Source of the DNA: a bacterium
GTDB taxonomy: Bacteria; UBA8248
Assembly: GCA_965213685.1 (NCBI GenBank)
Contig: CBDBZY010000031.1
Location: forward strand, 128,001 to 192,000
Reading direction: 5' to 3'
DNA length: 64,000 bases
Position numbers and translations under genes: made by a program. Shown here in pieces: positions 1-10,958 of this stretch (its first letter is position 1; the number at the start of each line of letters is the position of its first letter). Under the pieces are notes generated by a model, which ran no database searches, was not told where the DNA came from, and saw only the letters and a program-made list of their open reading frames with translations.

Positions 1-612
1 CACCTTCTCGTGTGCCCAGGTGCGATCCGCGTCGAGCGGCATGTATTCGATGAAGCGCACGACGTGGCCCGTCTCGCGCGCCCACCGCGCGAAGCGCGGC
101 AGCTCCTCCTCGCTCAACCCCTTGACGGCCACCGCGTTGACCTTGATCGGGGCAAAGCCGGCGGCGGCGGCGGCCTCGATGCCGTCCATCACCTGGCGGA
201 AGGCGTCGCGGCGCGTCATGAGCAGGAATTTGCCCGCATCCATCGAGTCGAGGCTGATGTTCACGCGCCGCAGGCCCGCCGCATACAAATCCTTCGCCAT
301 CCGGGGGAGGAGAACGCCGTTGGTCGTGAGGGCCAGGTCCATGCCGGGCTGGACCGCGAGCATCTGCTCGATGAGGAGATGGAGGTCCCTGCGCAGGAGC
401 GGCTCGCCGCCCGTCAGGTGATAGCCCGAAAACCCCAGCGCGGTGGTGATGCGCACCACGCGGGCGATCTCCTCGTAGCCGAGAATCTCCTCGTGCGGCA
501 GCCATGTCATGCCCTCCTCGGGCATGCAGTAGAAGCAGCGGAAGTTGCACCTGTCGGTCACCGAGATTCTCAGGTCGTCGTGCATGCGTCCGTAGCGATC
601 AAGCAGTCCCAT
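1..612 (-). CDS. moaA: GTP 3',8-cyclase MoaA (radical SAM), 3' end runs off the window
   Basis: Reverse strand from 612 reads MGLLDRYGRMHDDLRISVTDRCNFRCFYCMPEEG (CxxxCxxC), then RLTGGEPLLR and ITTNG; lies downstream of two moeA genes. Absent from the ORF track because it has no stop in the window. Confidence 0.93.
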   Translation of the reverse strand, partial: MGLLDRYGRMHDDLRISVTDRCNFRCFYCMPEEGMTWLPHEEILGYEEIARVVRITTALGFSGYHLTGGEPLLRRDLHLLIEQMLAVQPGMDLALTTNGVLLPRMAKDLYAAGLRRVNISLDSMDAGKFLLMTRRDAFRQVMDGIEAAAAAGFAPIKVNAVAVKGLSEEELPRFARWARETGHVVRFIEYMPLDADRTWAHEKV

Positions 613-617
613 GTCCC

Positions 618-2579
618 CTAACCCTCTTGTCCGGACTCCGTCATCAACCGGCCCATCCACTGCGCATTATACCCGCCCAACGCCTCGACGCTATCCTGAA
701 ACGCCCGGTCGCGCAAAATATCCACCATCTTCCGGATCGCGGGCATCTCCCAATGCTCCCTGGGCACGATGAAATCGAAGCGCTCCCGCTCCAGGGGGAT
801 GAAATCCAGGCCCAGCAGCCGGGCGGCGGCGAAAATCCCCAAGCCGCAATCCGCGCGCCCCGCCGCCACCGCCATGGCCACCGCCATGTGCGTGGTCTCC
901 ACCCGCTCATAGCCGCGGACGCGCCCGGGCGAGAGGCCTGCGCGCGCCATGAGATGATCGAGCAGCATCCGCGTGCCCGCCCCGCTCTGGCGGTTGACGA
1001 TGGCCACGTCGCCGCGGCCCAGGTCAGCTATCCCCGCGATGCCCTTGGGGTTTCCCGCGGGCACGAGGATGCCCTGCTCGCGCTGGACGAAATGCGCCAC
1101 CACGACCTCGCGCCCCCGCAGATAGCGCCGGATGTAGCGCCAGTTGTAATCCCCCGTGTCGGCGTCGAGCAGATGGCTGCCCGCGATGTGCGCCTCGCCG
1201 TCCCGCACGGCGATGAGTCCCGCCAAGGAACCCACCGCCGAGGCGGAGAGGCGAACGTCCTCGTGCCGCTTCCGGAGCGCGTCCGCCAGCAGGTCGAGCG
1301 CGTTGTCGTGGCTGCCCGCCAGGAGCAGGTTCCCCCGAATCTCCCCCAGGGGACGCAAGAGCTCCACGGCGACCTCCTCGCCCGTCTCTATCCCCTCCGA
1401 GGCGGCCGGCACGCGCACCACGCCGTCGGCCTCCACCAGCGAGCTGATGACGCTGGCCCCGCGCTTGGCGGGCAGGCAGATCATCCGCTCGCCGACCAGA
1501 CCCAGCTTGACGCGCAAAAACTCCTCCATGCCGGGCCGCGACGCGCTCTTCCGGCTCATGCGGGCGCGCACCCGCTCCTCCGCGCCGGGCGCCGCGCCCG
1601 CCATGTGGGCCATCAGGGGACGCACGAACTCCTGGAGGGCGACGACGGCGGAGACCGGATAGCCCGGAATGCCGAGGACGGGCTTGCGCGCACCCGACAC
1701 CGACCGGCAGACGCCCAGGATGGTGGGCTTGCCGGGGAAGATGGCCACGCCATGCACCAGAAGCTCCCCGAGCGCCTCCACGACGGCTGCGGTATGATCC
1801 TCCCGCCCGGCGGAGGAGCCCGCGTTCACCAGCACGATGTCCGCGCACTCGAGGGCGCCGCGAACCGCGCGCAGGATGGCGTCGAACCTGTCCGCGCGTA
1901 TCGGGCCGACCGTCGCCTCTCCCCCCCATTCGGCGATGAAGGCCGACAGGACGGCCGAGTTGAACTCCACCAGGTCGCCCGGCTTCAAATCGGCGCCCGC
2001 CTCGACAAGCTCGTCTCCCGTGGGGATGATGGCGACGCGCGGACGCCTGCGCACCCGCACCCGCGTGACGCCCGCGGCCAGAAGCCCGCCTAGGTCGTAG
2101 GGGCGCAGGGAGTGCCCCGAGGTCAGGAGGAGCTGGCCCTCGACGATGTCCTCCCCCGCCACGCGCACGTTCTGCCAGGGCGAGAGCGCCGCCTCGATCC
2201 GAATCGCGCCGGGGCGCGCCTCGTGCACGTTTTCGACCATGACGACGCAATCCGCCCCCTCGGGCAGCGGGTCGCCCGTGTCGATGGGCCGGGCCGCATC
2301 GGGAACGGCGAACTCCCTGGGCGCCGCGGGCGCAGCGCCTGCGGTGTCCGCCGAGGAGAGCGCGTAGCCGTCCATGGCGGCGGCGTGGAAGTGCGGGCTG
2401 GAGACCTGCGCATAGACCGCGCCCGCCGTCACGCGGCCGAGCGCCTCGGACGCGGCGACCTCCTCCTCCCCGAGCCGGGACGCGCCCAGGCTGCCCAGCA
2501 GACGCGAGAGCGCCTCCTCGCGCGGAATGTTCTCCAAATAGATTTTCCGGCCCCCGCGGGCCGGGGACGAACCGCTCAT
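618..2579 (-). CDS. moeA: Molybdopterin molybdotransferase MoeA fused to a C-terminal PBP (substrate-binding-like) domain
   Basis: AAMDGYA, IPTGDEL, GSSAGRED and PGYPVSA motifs; C-terminal GSHD, GSLAGL and NRQSGAGTR PBP motifs. Start taken at MSGSS (2579). Confidence 0.9.
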   Translation of the reverse strand: MSGSSPARGGRKIYLENIPREEALSRLLGSLGASRLGEEEVAASEALGRVTAGAVYAQVSSPHFHAAAMDGYALSSADTAGAAPAAPREFAVPDAARPIDTGDPLPEGADCVVMVENVHEARPGAIRIEAALSPWQNVRVAGEDIVEGQLLLTSGHSLRPYDLGGLLAAGVTRVRVRRRPRVAIIPTGDELVEAGADLKPGDLVEFNSAVLSAFIAEWGGEATVGPIRADRFDAILRAVRGALECADIVLVNAGSSAGREDHTAAVVEALGELLVHGVAIFPGKPTILGVCRSVSGARKPVLGIPGYPVSAVVALQEFVRPLMAHMAGAAPGAEERVRARMSRKSASRPGMEEFLRVKLGLVGERMICLPAKRGASVISSLVEADGVVRVPAASEGIETGEEVAVELLRPLGEIRGNLLLAGSHDNALDLLADALRKRHEDVRLSASAVGSLAGLIAVRDGEAHIAGSHLLDADTGDYNWRYIRRYLRGREVVVAHFVQREQGILVPAGNPKGIAGIADLGRGDVAIVNRQSGAGTRMLLDHLMARAGLSPGRVRGYERVETTHMAVAMAVAAGRADCGLGIFAAARLLGLDFIPLERERFDFIVPREHWEMPAIRKMVDILRDRAFQDSVEALGGYNAQWMGRLMTESGQEG

Positions 2580-2649
2580 TCGCCTGCTCCGAATCCGGCA
2601 GGGGAAAAACCGCCCGAGGCGCACGCGCCCCCCGCCGCCTCCCTGCCGC

Positions 2650-3891
2650 TCAATACAGATGCACGCGCACCGGCGCGCCCGCCGGCAGCCCCTCCGCCTC
2701 CAGCGGAACCACGATGTAGCCGTCGGCCCTCGTCATGGTCGATATCATGGCGGAGTTGCCCATCAGGGGATGGGCGAGCCGTCCGCCGTCCCCCCGCTCG
2801 ATCGAGACGCGAACCATGTCCTCGCGCCCGGGGGCGGAGGCCACGTTTCTCGAGAGCGTCGCCGGCAGCGCCTCGGGCGCAGCCTCCGCCCGCGTCGCCT
2901 CGCCGCTCAGCTGCCGGAGGATGGGGCGGACGAAGGCGTGAAATATCATCAGCGCGGAGACCGGATGCCCCGGAATTCCGATGACTGCCTTCTCCCCGCC
3001 GTCGCGGCGGACGCGCCCGATGATGGTCGGCTTGCCGGGCTTGACCGATATGCCGTGCACCAGGACGCCAGGCTCCCCCAGGGAGTCGATGGCCTCCACC
3101 GTGTAGTCCCGAAGTCCCATGGAGCTGCCGCCGGAGATGAGGACGACGTCCGCGCGGCGGACAGCTCGCTCCAGGCGCTCCCGGATGACGGCGAGATCGT
3201 CGGGGAGAATCGCCTCCGTCTCGGGCGTCCCGCCCGCCTCGATCACCCCCGCCGCCAGGGAGAAGCGGTTGATGTCGCGCACCTCGCCTGTGCGGGGCGT
3301 CTCGCGCGGGTCGATGAGCTCGTCGCCCGTGGGGAGTATCGCCACGAGCGGGCGGCGGCGGACCGCGACCGACGTGACCCCGACGCCCGCGAGGGCGCCG
3401 ATGTCCTGGCTCCTCAGGCGCGCGCCCGCCCGCAGAACCGGATCGCCGCGCCGGATGTCGTCCCCGACCCCCAGGACGTTCTCGCCCACGGCGACGGGGC
3501 GGCGAACCTCCAGCGTCTCCGGGTCGGGCGCCGAGGTGAACTCCTCCATCACCACCGCGTCCGCCCCCTCGGGGATCATGCCGCCGGTCAGGATGCGGGC
3601 CGCCTCGCCCCGGCGCACCGGAAACGCGGGCGCCGCCCCCATCGGCACGGCGCCGACGACGTCGAGATAGGCGGGTATCGCCTCCCCCGCGCCGAACGAA
3701 TCCGCCGCCCGAAGCGCGTAGCCGTCCATCGTGGCGCGCGGGAAATCCGGCAGGTGGACGGGGGAGCGAACCTCTTCGGCGAGGATGCGGCCCACCGCCT
3801 CGAACGAGGAGAGCCGCTCGGCGGCCAGCGCCGGAAAACCCCGAATCGCCTCCTTCGCCTTCTCGGGCGACACGACCTGGAAGAATTCCAT
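2650..3891 (-). CDS. moeA: Molybdopterin molybdotransferase MoeA (gephyrin-like)
   Basis: ATMDGYA, ILTGGMIPEGADAVVMEE, TGDEL, SGGSSMG, KPGKP and PGHPVSA motifs. Confidence 0.92.
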   Translation of the reverse strand: MEFFQVVSPEKAKEAIRGFPALAAERLSSFEAVGRILAEEVRSPVHLPDFPRATMDGYALRAADSFGAGEAIPAYLDVVGAVPMGAAPAFPVRRGEAARILTGGMIPEGADAVVMEEFTSAPDPETLEVRRPVAVGENVLGVGDDIRRGDPVLRAGARLRSQDIGALAGVGVTSVAVRRRPLVAILPTGDELIDPRETPRTGEVRDINRFSLAAGVIEAGGTPETEAILPDDLAVIRERLERAVRRADVVLISGGSSMGLRDYTVEAIDSLGEPGVLVHGISVKPGKPTIIGRVRRDGGEKAVIGIPGHPVSALMIFHAFVRPILRQLSGEATRAEAAPEALPATLSRNVASAPGREDMVRVSIERGDGGRLAHPLMGNSAMISTMTRADGYIVVPLEAEGLPAGAPVRVHLY

Positions 3892-3982
3892 CGGGCGCCT
3901 CCGCGCATGAAAAAACCAACCGCTGCGCGCGCAGGGTCGGCCTGGGAATCGAGCGGGCGGGAGCGCCGCCCGGGGCGGCCCG

Positions 3983-4192
3983 CTAGGCCTTCTCTCCGTC
4001 CCCGGCGGAGGAGGAGGCGGGCGCCTCCTTTTTCTCGGGCAGCTCCGCGTCGTCGCTCATCCCCCTCTTGAAGCTCTTGATGCCGCGGGCGAGGCCCGAG
4101 CCGATCTCCGGCAGGCGCTTCGCGCCGAACACCAGCACGCATATCGCCAGGATGACCAGCAGCTCGGGAATACCCATATTCATCGGGAACAT
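3983..4192 (-). CDS. tatA: Twin-arginine translocase subunit TatA/E
   Basis: GIPELLVILAICVLVFGAKRLPEIGSGLARGIKSFK; AAGGAG RBS upstream. Confidence 0.92.
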   Translation of the reverse strand: MFPMNMGIPELLVILAICVLVFGAKRLPEIGSGLARGIKSFKRGMSDDAELPEKKEAPASSSAGDGEKA

Positions 4193-4217
4193 CGGACAGA
4201 CTCCTTCGGATGAATGA

Positions 4218-5400
4218 TCAGGAAGCGGCGTCCGCGAACACCTGCGAGGCGGCGCCGACCCCCTCTCCCGCCTTCGCAATATACCCCAGTTTCGAGAAAA
4301 TGGCCTCCAGGGCGGAGAGGAGGTAGACCACGTTCGCGTGGGTGGCGCCGTGGCCCATCATGCCGACCCGCCATATCTTCCCGGCCACGGCGCCCAGTCC
4401 GCCGCCAATCTCGATCTGGAAGTCGTTCAGCAGCCGCCCCCGAACGGCGGCGTCGTCCATCCCCTCCCGGAGGGCGATGGTGTTGAGCGTCGGCGTCCGC
4501 GCGCCCGCCTGGGCGAACATGGACATTCCCAGCGCCTCGACGCCCGCCTGGAGCGCCCGGCTCGCGAGGGCGTGCCTGCGGAAGCGGGCCTCCAGACCCT
4601 CCTCGAAGATGATGCGCAGCGCCTCGCGAATCGCGTAGTTCATGGAGATGGGGCCGGTGTGATGATAGACGCGCTCGCTCCCCCAGTATTTCTCCACCAT
4701 GCCCACGTCGAAGTACCAGCTCGTGACCTTCGATTTTCGCTCGCGCACCTTGCCGAGTGCCCGCTCGCTGAAGGTGATGGGCGCCACGCCCGGCGGACAC
4801 GCCAGGCATTTCTGCGTCCCGCTGTAGGCGACCTCCACCCCCCACCTGTCCAGCTCCACGGGCACCCCGCCGAGGGAGGGTGACGCAGTCGAGCAGCAGG
4901 AGCGCCCCGTGTGCCCGGCACATCTCGCCAATCTCCTCCATCGGCTGGAGGACACCCGTGCTCGTCTCCGCATGGACGATGCCGACCATGACGGCGTCGG
5001 GATGCGCGTCGAGGGCGGCGCGCACGTCCTCCGGGGCGACCGGCCGCCCCCAGGGCGCCTCCACGCGCACCACCTCCGCCCCGTAGCGGGCGGCCACCTC
5101 GCTCATCCGCCCGCCGAACACGCCGTTCACGCAGACGATGGCCTTCTCCCCCGGCTCGACGATGTTGCAGACCGACGCCTCCATCGCCGCACTGCCCGTG
5201 CCCGAGACGGGGAACGTCACCTCGTTCCGCGTGCGGAACAGGTCGCGCAGCATCCGCTGGCAATCGTCCATCACCGCCAGGAAATCGGGGTCCAGGTGCC
5301 CCACCACGTGGGTGGACATGGCCTTGAGGATTCTCGGATGAACCGGGCTGGGCCCCGGCCCCAGCAGCAGGCGCAAATGCGGATTCAACTCTCCGGTCAA
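4218..5400 (-). CDS. Alanine/serine-glyoxylate aminotransferase (class V PLP), apparent frameshift near 4878
   Basis: LLLGPGPS, GTGSAAME, VHAETSTG, LDCVT|SLGG and SGTQKCL split over two ORFs by one extra base. Confidence 0.88.
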
Positions 5401-5684
5401 GACGTTCCCCTCTAGCTTGCGTCAGAGTGATGTGGCGAACGAACGAGAGGCCTCCTGTGCCGCTTCCTCTCATCATCGTCCCGCCGTGCAACCGGGACAC
5501 CCTACCACATGGCCGCGCCATCGGGAAGCCGCCCGCATCCCCGGCGAAGCGCCCGTCGCCGCGCGACTTGCCCGCTCGTCTATTTTCGTGTTATTTTCAC
5601 TTTTATTGCCCAAAACATGGGCGATTCAGACTAAGAAGCGCACACATGCCGGTTCCCGGAACATATGCTGGAGGAAGAGCGCCA

Positions 5685-6347
5685 ATGAAGAAAGAAGAAT
5701 TGCTAGGAAAAGAATTGCTCAAGGAATTTGATACGCTGCGCAGAGAAGCGTGTTTCCTGATCGACACGTTCCGCACATTCGAAGATTTGTTCGCGGCCGG
5801 ACCTGAAGTCGACAAAATCCTGGGCAAATCGGCAAACGAGTTCTTTGTCGACATCAACAGAATCATGCTCGAATACATCTGCCTGGTCGTTTGCCGTATC
5901 ACCGACCCGCCGGGAACAGGCAAGAGGACCAATCTGACGATTCCCCGCATGAACAAACTACTGCGCGAGCGTGGTCTTCTTTCCCCGGAAATCAAAGCCC
6001 GAAGCGATCGCCTTATGTGTTACAGAGAGCTTGTGCAGGATGCGCGGAACAAAATTGTCGCCCACATGGACCTCAACACGTATATAAAGGACTTGAGTCT
6101 CGGCATCTACCCGAAAGAAGAAAAAGCAAAGAACTTTTTTGAGGTGAACCTTCCAAGATACCTCGACGCGGTCGCGAACGCCATTGGCGGTGACCCGGTG
6201 GGCGGCTTGGGGCGCATAGGTGGCGATGCCCAGTCCCTCCGCGGCACACTGAAAAGAGGACTGATCGCCGATAAGCTGCCCAAAGACCCCAGGGTTGGGC
6301 CCAAGCTTGCTTATGACCTTCTTGTCGCAAACCCGCCGGAGATTTAA
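5685..6347 (+). CDS. HEPN-domain protein (AbiU2-like), putative RNase/defence
   Basis: Helical-looking ~220 aa protein with RITDP and RNKIVAH (Rx5H) motifs; visibly more AT-rich than the flanks. Confidence 0.6.
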   Translation: MKKEELLGKELLKEFDTLRREACFLIDTFRTFEDLFAAGPEVDKILGKSANEFFVDINRIMLEYICLVVCRITDPPGTGKRTNLTIPRMNKLLRERGLLSPEIKARSDRLMCYRELVQDARNKIVAHMDLNTYIKDLSLGIYPKEEKAKNFFEVNLPRYLDAVANAIGGDPVGGLGRIGGDAQSLRGTLKRGLIADKLPKDPRVGPKLAYDLLVANPPEI

Positions 6348-6398
6348 TCACGACAAGTTTAGTCCCGGCAAGAGAAGAGCGTGCGCGCGCAACCGTCC

Positions 6399-6902
6399 CT
6401 ACGCCCCGTCGAGTGCGATGTTCTCGTAGTCGGGTATGGCGCCCATCCCCTTTCTGGCGGCGAGGGACTTTCGCTCATACTCCATCACCAGCTCCCCGCG
6501 CTGGTTGTGCGCGCGCGTCTTGATCGTCACGATCCCGCGGTCGGGCTTGCTCCGCGATTCGCGCTTGTCGAGAATCTCCGATTCCGCATACAGCGTATCG
6601 CCCGCGAAGACGGGGGCGGGCATCTTGATGTAGGTCCACTCCAGGTTCGCCACCGAGCGGTAGGAGGTGTCGGTGACCGTCATGCCGGCCACGACGGCCA
6701 GGGTGAGCGCCGAGTTCACCAGAGGCTTGCCGAACTGGGTCTTGGACGCATAGTGGGCGTCGAAATGGATCGGGTGGGTGTTGTTCGTCAGCAGGGTGAA
6801 CCAGGTGTTGTCCGATTCGAGGATGGTGCGGCCCGGGCGGTGCCGGATGACCTCGCCCACGACGAAATCCTCATACCAGCGTCCCATCTGAAAGTTCGGC
6901 AT
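6399..6902 (-). CDS. MaoC-family (hot-dog fold) dehydratase
   Basis: GRWYEDFVVGEVIRHRPGRTI, NTHPIHFD, PVFAGDTLYAESE. Confidence 0.9.
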   Translation of the reverse strand: MPNFQMGRWYEDFVVGEVIRHRPGRTILESDNTWFTLLTNNTHPIHFDAHYASKTQFGKPLVNSALTLAVVAGMTVTDTSYRSVANLEWTYIKMPAPVFAGDTLYAESEILDKRESRSKPDRGIVTIKTRAHNQRGELVMEYERKSLAARKGMGAIPDYENIALDGA

Positions 6903-6931
6903 CTCTCCCCTCCTCCGCATCCCGGCTCCGC

Positions 6932-8084
6932 CTACGCGGGGTATCGCTCCAGCAGCCTCTTGGCGATGATGAGGCGCTGAATCTCGTTGGAGCCCTCGCC
7001 CACCACCAGCAGTTTCGAGTCCCGGAAATAGCGCTCCACCGGCAGCTCCTGGATGTAGCCCATCCCGCCGTGCACCTGGATGGCCTCGCTCGCGCAGAAC
7101 TCGGCCGCCTCGGAGGCGAAGAACTTGGCCATCCCGGCCTCGAGGTCGCAGCGCTTGCCCTGTGCCTTCAGGTTCGCCGCATGGTAGGTCATCAGCTTCG
7201 CCGCGTGGATGCGCGTCCCCATCTCGGCGAGCTTCGCCTGTATCAGCTGGTGGCCGGCCAGCGGCTTGCCGAAGGTCTCGCGCTGCTGGGCGTAGCGCAT
7301 CGAATCCTCGAACGCCGCGCGCGCCAGGCCCACGCTGCGCGCCGCCACGTTGACGCGGCCCGCCCTCCAGGGCGCTCATGATCATCGGAAAGCCCTCGTT
7401 CTCGCGGCCCAGGAGGTTCTCGAGCGGCACGCGGGCGTCCTCGAATATCAGCTCGCTCGTGCGAATCCCCCGGTAGCCCATCTTCTTCAGGTGCCGGCTC
7501 ACCTGAAAGCCGGGGGTTCCCTTGTGCACCAGGATGCAGGAGATGCCCCGCGCCTTGGGCCGCTCCGGGTCCGTCCTTGCGAACACGCTGAACATCGTGC
7601 CGTGCTCGGCGTTCGAGATGTACATCTTCGTGCCGTTCATCACCCACTGGTCATCCTCGCGCGTCGCCCGCGTCTTGAGGGCGGCGGCGTCGGAGCCCGA
7701 GCCCGGCTCGGTCAGCGCCATGCCCGAGTGCCACTCGCCGGTGGCCATCCGGGGAAGATAGGTTCTCTTCTGCTCCTCCGTCCCGTAGTGGAGGAGCATC
7801 CAGGCGGTCATCATGTGCGTGCCGAGGATGCCCGCCACGCTCATCCAGCCGACGGAGAGCTCCTCCATGGCGATGGCGTAGCACACCTCGTCCATGCCGC
7901 TTCCGCCGTATTCCTCGGGTATCGTGAAGCCGAAGAAGCCGAGCTCCTGCATCTTCTCCACCACCGGCGTGGGGTATTTGTCGGCGAGCTCGTATTCCAT
8001 GGCGATGGGGATGACCTCGCGGTCGACGAAATCCTTCATCATCCGCCGCACGCTCGCCTGCAGCTCCGAGAACTCGAAATCCAA
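6932..8084 (-). CDS. Acyl-CoA dehydrogenase, apparent frameshift near 7360
   Basis: TEPGSGSD, NGTKMYISNA, RETFGKP, IQVHGGMGY and EGSNEIQR; TTG start (LDFEFS) with AAGGAG RBS. Confidence 0.9.
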
Positions 8085-8153
8085 TGGACGCTCCTTCCTC
8101 TTGGCTGGGGGGCCGGCCTCCACGCGCCGGACCGGAAACCATGCCGCCGGGCG

Positions 8154-9341
8154 TCAGATCACGCCGTCGCGGCGCAGCGCCGCCGTCTCCTCCGGGGAAT
8201 ATCCCAGGCGCTCCAACACCTCCTCCGTATGCGCGCCCAGTCTGGGCGGGTGCTCAAGCCTGGGCGTCATGCCGCTGAACTTCACCGGGAAGCGGCACAT
8301 TTTCAGGGCGCCGTATTCGCCTTCCACCTCGGGGAAAATCTCGCGGTGCGCCGTCTGGGGATGATCGCACACCTCGCCCAGGTCGTTCACCTCCCCGCAG
8401 GGAACGCCCGCCTCCATGAAGATGCGCCGCCACTCCCCGCACTCCCTCGTGGCGAGAATCGGCAGGATGCGCGCGAGTAGTGCCTCCTTGTTCGCGTATC
8501 TGTCCGCGTTGGTCGAGAAGCGCGGGTCGTCGGCCCATTCGGGGTGTCCGAGGACGCCGGCGAGAAGGCGCCAAGTGTTCTCGTTGCCGCACGCGATGCC
8601 GATGAGCTTCCCCCCCTTGGCGGGATAGGCGCCGTAGGGGGCGAGGAAGTGATGCCCCACCCCCACGCGGCGCGGCTTTTTGCCGTGGAGGTGGTAGAGA
8701 AAGTGAAAATAGCCCTGCATGCTCACCATGCAGTCGAACATCGAGACGTCCACCTCCTGGCCCCGGCCGGTGCGGTCGCGCTGGCGGAGCGCCATCATCG
8801 CCGCTAGGGCGACGAAAAGCCCCGTCACCCCGTCGCAGATGGAGTGGGCCATCTTCGCGGGAGACTCCGGGGTGCCCGTCATGTCCATGATTCCCGCCTC
8901 CGCCTGGATGAGGCCGTCGAACGCCTTCATGTCGCGGTAGGGGCCGTCCTGTCCGTATCCGGAGGCGTGGAGGTAGATGATGTCGGGCCGTATCCTCCGC
9001 ACCTCCTCGTAGGAGAAGCCGAGCCTCGCGACAGCCCCCGGGCTGAAATTCTCGAGGAAGACGTCCGCCCCCTCGAGCATCCGGCACAGAACCTCCCTGC
9101 CCCTCTCGTCCTTCAGGTCGAGCGTCACGCTCTTCTTGTTGGGGTTCACCCAGAAGTGCACCGCCCCCTCGCCCGAGACCGCGCTGTCCCAGTGGCGGAC
9201 CATGTCGCCCGACCCCGGCGTCTCGACCTTGAGCACCTCCGCGCCGAAATCGGCGAGATGGCGCAGACCCACCGGCCCGCTGATGGACACCCCCAGCGAA
9301 ACGACCCGAACGCCCTCGAGCGGAAGCGGCACTTTCCTCAA
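8154..9341 (-). CDS. CaiB/BaiF family III CoA-transferase
   Basis: LADFGAEVLKVE, NPNKKSVTLDLK, ENFSPG, SGYGQDGPY, PPRLGAHT. Confidence 0.92.
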   Translation of the reverse strand: MRKVPLPLEGVRVVSLGVSISGPVGLRHLADFGAEVLKVETPGSGDMVRHWDSAVSGEGAVHFWVNPNKKSVTLDLKDERGREVLCRMLEGADVFLENFSPGAVARLGFSYEEVRRIRPDIIYLHASGYGQDGPYRDMKAFDGLIQAEAGIMDMTGTPESPAKMAHSICDGVTGLFVALAAMMALRQRDRTGRGQEVDVSMFDCMVSMQGYFHFLYHLHGKKPRRVGVGHHFLAPYGAYPAKGGKLIGIACGNENTWRLLAGVLGHPEWADDPRFSTNADRYANKEALLARILPILATRECGEWRRIFMEAGVPCGEVNDLGEVCDHPQTAHREIFPEVEGEYGALKMCRFPVKFSGMTPRLEHPPRLGAHTEEVLERLGYSPEETAALRRDGVI

Positions 9342-9451
9342 CTCCCCGAAAAAACATGTTCCCGACGAAGGCGACCTCCCGAGAAGCGCGGGCCTCCATC
9401 AGAGAGACCTGACGATACACGATTGATTTCAGGGATGACAAGACGGGGGGC

Positions 9452-9799
9452 TCAGGCGGACTCCCCCGCCTCGTCCAGGTAGAACTGGAAATCGCCCAGG
9501 GTGCGGGAGATGAAGGACGCCGCGCGGTCGAGTGCGATGAACTCCATGTCCTCCGGGTCGTCCTCGACCTCGGCCCGCAGCGCGGCGAGGGCGTCGAGAT
9601 ACGCATGGGCCTCAGGCCCCGGGGGGGCGTCCCTCCTCTCCGCCGGCGCGGCGCCCGCCTCCACGAACGCCGCGAACGCGCCCACCTCGTAGGAGATGAA
9701 ACAGAACGCATGGTGGAGTGCCCTCTCCTCCACGCTCCCCTCCCCTTGCGCGTCTTTTCGCAGGGCGTTGAGCTTCGCCAAAACGGGTTCGTGCTTCAA
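9452..9799 (-). CDS. Hypothetical protein built from two ~50-aa internal repeats
   Basis: TTG start overlaps the upstream stop, AGGAG RBS; the two halves align (L..L.ALR...E..AL..A..FIS...G.F....EA). Confidence 0.65.
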   Translation of the reverse strand: MKHEPVLAKLNALRKDAQGEGSVEERALHHAFCFISYEVGAFAAFVEAGAAPAERRDAPPGPEAHAYLDALAALRAEVEDDPEDMEFIALDRAASFISRTLGDFQFYLDEAGESA

Positions 9800-10726
9800 T
9801 GGCGTCTCCTGGCAAGTTTGTCGAGAACGCGGGCGCGCGCCTCGACGCCCGCCATGCGCTCCAGCACCCGGACGAGGGCGATGTGGTCGAGCTCCCCCTC
9901 TCCGTTCGCCACCAGGGGCGTTGAACATCTGGGCCACGAGCGCAGCGCCGGGGAGTGCGACCTCGCGCTCGCGCGCCTGCTCGAGTGCGTAGCGCAGGTC
10001 CTTCACGTGGCTGCGCACCTTGCCGCCGGGCGAGAAATCGCCGGAGAGAATCTTGGGCGCCTTCACCTCCAGCCCCCCGCAGCGCGCGAGGCCCGCCCCC
10101 ATGACGTCCACCAGCGCGGCGGGGTCGAGGCCGGCCTTGGCGCCGAACACGAGCGCCTCCCCCACGCCCAGGAAGGTGACGGCCACCAGAATCTGGTTCG
10201 CGAGCTTGGCGATGCACCCCGAACCCGCCGCAACCCCGACGTGCGCCACCTTGGCCCCCAGAACGTCGAGCAGGGGCTCGCAGCGCTCGAAGGTGGCCCT
10301 TGGCCCCCCCGCCATGATGGCGAGCGTCCCCTGCGCCGCGCCCTCGGGAGCACCCGAGACCGGCGCGTCGAGCATCTCCACCCCCCGCTCCGACAGGGCA
10401 CTCGCGGTGCGGGCGGAGGAGGCCGGGTCGTTGCTCGTGCAGTCCACCAGAACGCTTCCGGGCTGCATGGCGGAGGCGAGGCCGCCTTCGGCGAACACCA
10501 CGTCCTCGACGTGCGGCGCGTCGGGCAGCATGGTGAAGACGACCTCCGCGACGCGCGCCACCTCGGCGGGCGATGCGCAGGCGCGAGCGCCCTCGCGCGC
10601 GAGTTCATCCACCGGCGGGCGGCTGCGGTTCGACACCGCCAGGGGATGCCCCGCCGCCAGAAAGCGCCTGGCCATCGGCTTTCCCATCAAGCCCAGACCC
10701 ACGAAACCGATCGAGACCGAAGGCAT
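9796..10726 (-). CDS. NAD(P)-dependent beta-hydroxyacid dehydrogenase (HIBADH/GarR family), apparent frameshift near 9915
   Basis: IGFVGLGLMGKPMA, DAPVSG, KLANQ, KDL; C-terminus ALVANGEGELDHIAL lies in the next frame. Confidence 0.88.
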
Positions 10727-10929
10727 CCCTCCCCCCTCTCCCCTGGCGACCGACCGGCGGCCCCCCAGCGGGAGGAACGCCGCGTCCGCCGAAACCCGGA
10801 ATCTACCCTGCAAATACCGATGCGCCAAACCGCCCGGAGAAATTTTTCGGGAAATGGCCCCCGCCTCCCGCCGGCGTAACGCCCGCCGGCGCGTTCCGAA
10901 GGCGCTCCCCAAACGGCGGACCGCGCGAA

Positions 10930-10958
10930 TTGACAGGCTCCCCGCTCCCCCGTAATCT
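10930..10958 (+). promoter_or_regulatory. Sigma70-type promoter for the Cache-domain gene
   Basis: TTGACA, 17-bp spacer, TAATCT. Confidence 0.6.
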
